DNA of 29,781 nucleotides from a virus: UHGV virus genome UHGV-0132373; one strand, 5' to 3'. Shown piece by piece: positions 27,081 to 29,781 of this stretch (position 1 is its first letter; each line of letters starts with the position of its first letter). The notes under the pieces were generated by a model. It saw only the letters and a program-made list of their open reading frames with translations, ran no database searches and was not told where the DNA came from. The position numbers and the translations under genes were made by a program.

Positions 27081-29072
27081 ATGACAGACATTACAGCCAA
27101 TGTGATCGTATCGATGCCTTCGCAACTCTTCACTATGGCTCGTTCTTTTAAAGCCGTAGCCAATGGCAAAATTTATATCGGTAAAATTGACACTGACCCG
27201 GTAAATCCTGATAACCAGATTCAGGTCTATGTTGAGAACGAAGATGGTTCTCACGTTCCTGTTGCACAGCCAATCGTCATCAATGCCGCTGGGTATCCAG
27301 TATATAACGGACAGATTGCCAAATTCGTAACTGTGCAAGGCCATTCTATGGCTGTTTATGATGCATGTGGTGCGCAGCAGTTCTATTTTCCAAATGTGCT
27401 GAAGTATGACCCGGATCAGTTAAGGCAGGAGTTAGCAAGTTCAGGTGATGATCTTGGAGATGCATTAATAGCAGTAAAACAACCATTCACCTTGTCAATA
27501 AGAAGGACGCAGCATCAAAAAAATGCCGAGCACATTAGTGTTCGTGATTTTGGTGCAAAAGGAGACGGCATAACAGATGATACTGTAGCAATTCAAAATG
27601 CTATTAATGCAGTACCAGAAGGGGCTATACTTGGATTTTATGGTGGTGAATTTGTTTTTGATAAGGTTGAATTGCTTAAGCCAATAACATTGGTTGGTGA
27701 TGCAACGTTAATTCACAACGGATTTAGAATAAAATCTAGCAGAATACGATCACTTTTATCTGGTGTTCAGAAATGCAAGGATTACTCCGAGTCTTCAAGA
27801 GCATTTTATTGCTATGCAAATGAAGACCAAAGAGATTATGACGATATTCAGATTTTATTTAATAGATTTGAAGGTTTCTTTTACTCTACGGCATTTGTTG
27901 CAAAAAACTATTATTTGGAGAATGACCCTAATTCAAGAATTGTCAAAAACACAAAAGTAATAGGGTGTACATCAGTTGCTCCTGATTCTGTAAATGCCGG
28001 TCATTTTCAACATATAGGCGTTACAAATGCTGAAGCATCACATAACTCAACTTATGGCGGACAAAATGCAACATCATACAACTTCATTAACCAGAATGGA
28101 TTTGTAAGGATTATAGGAAATTATGACCATAACAATAGCTATGGTTCATGTGAGCTTGAGAACTCAATGGTGAGTAACTCAGTCATATCAGGTAATACGT
28201 TTTCGTCATATTTATGGGTTGATGATACAAGTAATGTTACTATTTCTGGAAATACCGTTTCATCAAGGATCAAAGTAACATCGCAAACTGACGATGTTCA
28301 TAATATAACCATATCAGCAAATACCACAAAACGGATTACTATAGAGCAATTTGGAGAATCTCCGACAGGTCTGGTATATGGTGCATTAATTTCCTGTAAC
28401 ACTATTACTGGCGACAGTGATGGAAGTTCAGACATTTTATGTACGTCACTTGTTACAGGTGAAATTTCATCAAATTATTGTCATGGATCAGAAAAAAATA
28501 TATCAATTGTCCGCCTGGATTCTTCTGATATAACTGTTAGAAACAATAAAGGAAACAAAGGATTACTTACAATAAGTAACGATGGTGGAAGGATAATTGA
28601 ATATGGCAATGATTCTATGGTTCTGTCTGGAAGCATAGATAGCAGACATATACATAATTTATTACAACCAGACACATCGTATTTAGATCTACCGGGGAAA
28701 TATCTGCACGGAACTAAATATACTGGCAGTATCCCCCCCGGTTCCACAGGAACTGTATCACTTCAAATACCATCAGGGGCAAGCCTTGTTTTCAGGGGTG
28801 TTTCTATATGGGTTCTAATTAGAGATGTTAGCAATAACAATATATCGTCATTCAGAATTGATGGTTCATATAGAGTTGTTGGTGGAAGTGTTGGTCTTAG
28901 TTTTGCTGATGCTTATTCGAAACTCGGGGTGGATGCAAACTCTATAACAGTGTCAAACAATAACAGCACTTCTGACAATATCAGCATAGCAATTAAAAAC
29001 ACAGATTCATCAAAAACCCTTCAGGTTACTGTTATGCCGGAGGTTTCAAGCAGGTTAGGTATTGAGGAATAG
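27081..29072 (+). CDS. tailspike: P22-type N-terminal head-binding domain fused to a pectate-lyase-like beta-helix receptor-binding/depolymerase domain
   Basis: 663 aa; residues about 1-115 ([59 protein letters not shown]…NVLKYDPDQ) match the P22 tailspike head-binding domain. The rest is AT-rich, Asn/Ser/Thr/Ile-rich, with the beta-helix entry motif [25 protein letters not shown]. Confidence 0.9.
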   Translation: MTDITANVIVSMPSQLFTMARSFKAVANGKIYIGKIDTDPVNPDNQIQVYVENEDGSHVPVAQPIVINAAGYPVYNGQIAKFVTVQGHSMAVYDACGAQQFYFPNVLKYDPDQLRQELASSGDDLGDALIAVKQPFTLSIRRTQHQKNAEHISVRDFGAKGDGITDDTVAIQNAINAVPEGAILGFYGGEFVFDKVELLKPITLVGDATLIHNGFRIKSSRIRSLLSGVQKCKDYSESSRAFYCYANEDQRDYDDIQILFNRFEGFFYSTAFVAKNYYLENDPNSRIVKNTKVIGCTSVAPDSVNAGHFQHIGVTNAEASHNSTYGGQNATSYNFINQNGFVRIIGNYDHNNSYGSCELENSMVSNSVISGNTFSSYLWVDDTSNVTISGNTVSSRIKVTSQTDDVHNITISANTTKRITIEQFGESPTGLVYGALISCNTITGDSDGSSDILCTSLVTGEISSNYCHGSEKNISIVRLDSSDITVRNNKGNKGLLTISNDGGRIIEYGNDSMVLSGSIDSRHIHNLLQPDTSYLDLPGKYLHGTKYTGSIPPGSTGTVSLQIPSGASLVFRGVSIWVLIRDVSNNNISSFRIDGSYRVVGGSVGLSFADAYSKLGVDANSITVSNNNSTSDNISIAIKNTDSSKTLQVTVMPEVSSRLGIEE

Positions 29073-29148
29073 CATCATATATAATTATTTTAATGTTAAT
29101 ACCGTCTTCTTGTTGGCGGCTTATTTGTGAAAATCGAATGAGTTATTT

Positions 29149-29451
29149 ATGATGAATATAGAAGTTGATATAACACCAATTCTTCACGCACTTTGCGCTG
29201 TTGTCGCACAAGTTCTGGTTGGTCTTTTTACCGGAAACTGGGCTTACGGTGCGATAGCCGGTTGTACGTTCTTCATTGCGCGTGAACACACCCAGGCAGA
29301 ATATCGCTGGATAGAAAAGTTTGGGAAAGGGAAACGTATCAACATGCCGTGGTGGGGAGGTTTTGATCCACGCGTGTGGGATGTGGGAAGTTTGTTGGAT
29401 TTTTCTTTCCCAATTATCGGATGCTTATTGGTATGGATTCTTGCATCGTAG
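29149..29451 (+). CDS. small hydrophobic protein, probable integral membrane protein (accessory/moron position)
   Basis: 100 aa with hydrophobic stretches (ILHALCAVVAQVLVGLFTGNWAYGAIAGCTFFIA; FSFPIIGCLLVWILAS) and a Trp-rich loop (MPWWGGFDPRVWD); located right after the tailspike. Confidence 0.5.
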   Translation: MMNIEVDITPILHALCAVVAQVLVGLFTGNWAYGAIAGCTFFIAREHTQAEYRWIEKFGKGKRINMPWWGGFDPRVWDVGSLLDFSFPIIGCLLVWILAS

Positions 29452-29537
29452 CGAACACATAATTACCGATGAAACAAAACTGAGACACACAAAGCTTTGC
29501 ACTGGATTGCAAGGCTTTGTGATCTTCGATAGTGGTT

Positions 29538-29562
29538 AAGGTGGATCACTCCACCTTTTCAT
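29538..29562 (+). terminator. terminator-like hairpin
   Basis: AAGGTGGA-tcac-TCCACC followed by TTTTCATC, about 90 nt after the small membrane ORF. Confidence 0.35.
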
Positions 29563-29781
29563 CAAGCCAATCCGCCCACCACTGCATCATTTCTCTGCGC
29601 TTAACGTAGTTGATGCATCACTATCACCCTGTAATGGCTTATTACTGGTTTGCAGACAGGTAGGCATGAACATATGCCTGCGCATGAAGATGGAACTAGT
29701 CCGGATGCGATATTTTTGGTGATCACGCACATCATCAACGAAGTGCGTTATGGTGAGTTTGATGACTACCCGCTGAAGTGA

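Noticed and set aside
29674-29781. 35-codon + strand ORF ending exactly at the window edge (MPAHEDGTSPDAIFLVITHIINEVRYGEFDDYPLK)
   Set aside because: Too short and unrecognised to call; possibly a real small gene, but unsupported.
1-29781. CRISPR arrays, rRNA, integrase and attachment site
   Set aside because: No regularly spaced short repeats, no rRNA-like sequence and no tyrosine-recombinase ORF within this window; int/att presumably lie beyond the window edge.

Overview
The window reads as the late half of a mosaic lambdoid, P22-like (Sf6/HK620-type) podovirus or prophage of Enterobacteriaceae, with almost all genes on the + strand. In order: a CII-like gene tail, a replication module (O-like initiator with embedded ori iterons, DnaB-like helicase), a lambda-type nin region (ninB, N6-adenine methyltransferase, ninE/ninF-like, RusA, ninH), a Q-type antiterminator with a late promoter, a lambda-type lysis cassette (S, R, Rz/Rz1), a KilA-N protein, Sf6-like packaging genes (TerS, TerL), then portal, scaffold, coat, gp4/gp10 adaptors, knob-bearing tail needle, gp14 and three ejection proteins. 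After these comes the one reverse-strand block: an AT-rich three-gene operon directly downstream of a P22-type mnt, followed by the Pant/Pmnt operator region, arc, ant, a chimeric tailspike and a small membrane protein. The most interesting signal is that reverse-strand operon (24001-25356): an unknown 193-aa protein, a YafO-like toxin-domain protein and a small membrane coiled-coil protein, a candidate lysogen-expressed defense or toxin-antitoxin module. No rRNA, tRNA or CRISPR array was found. All protein identifications rest on reading the translations and recalled family features, not on database searches.
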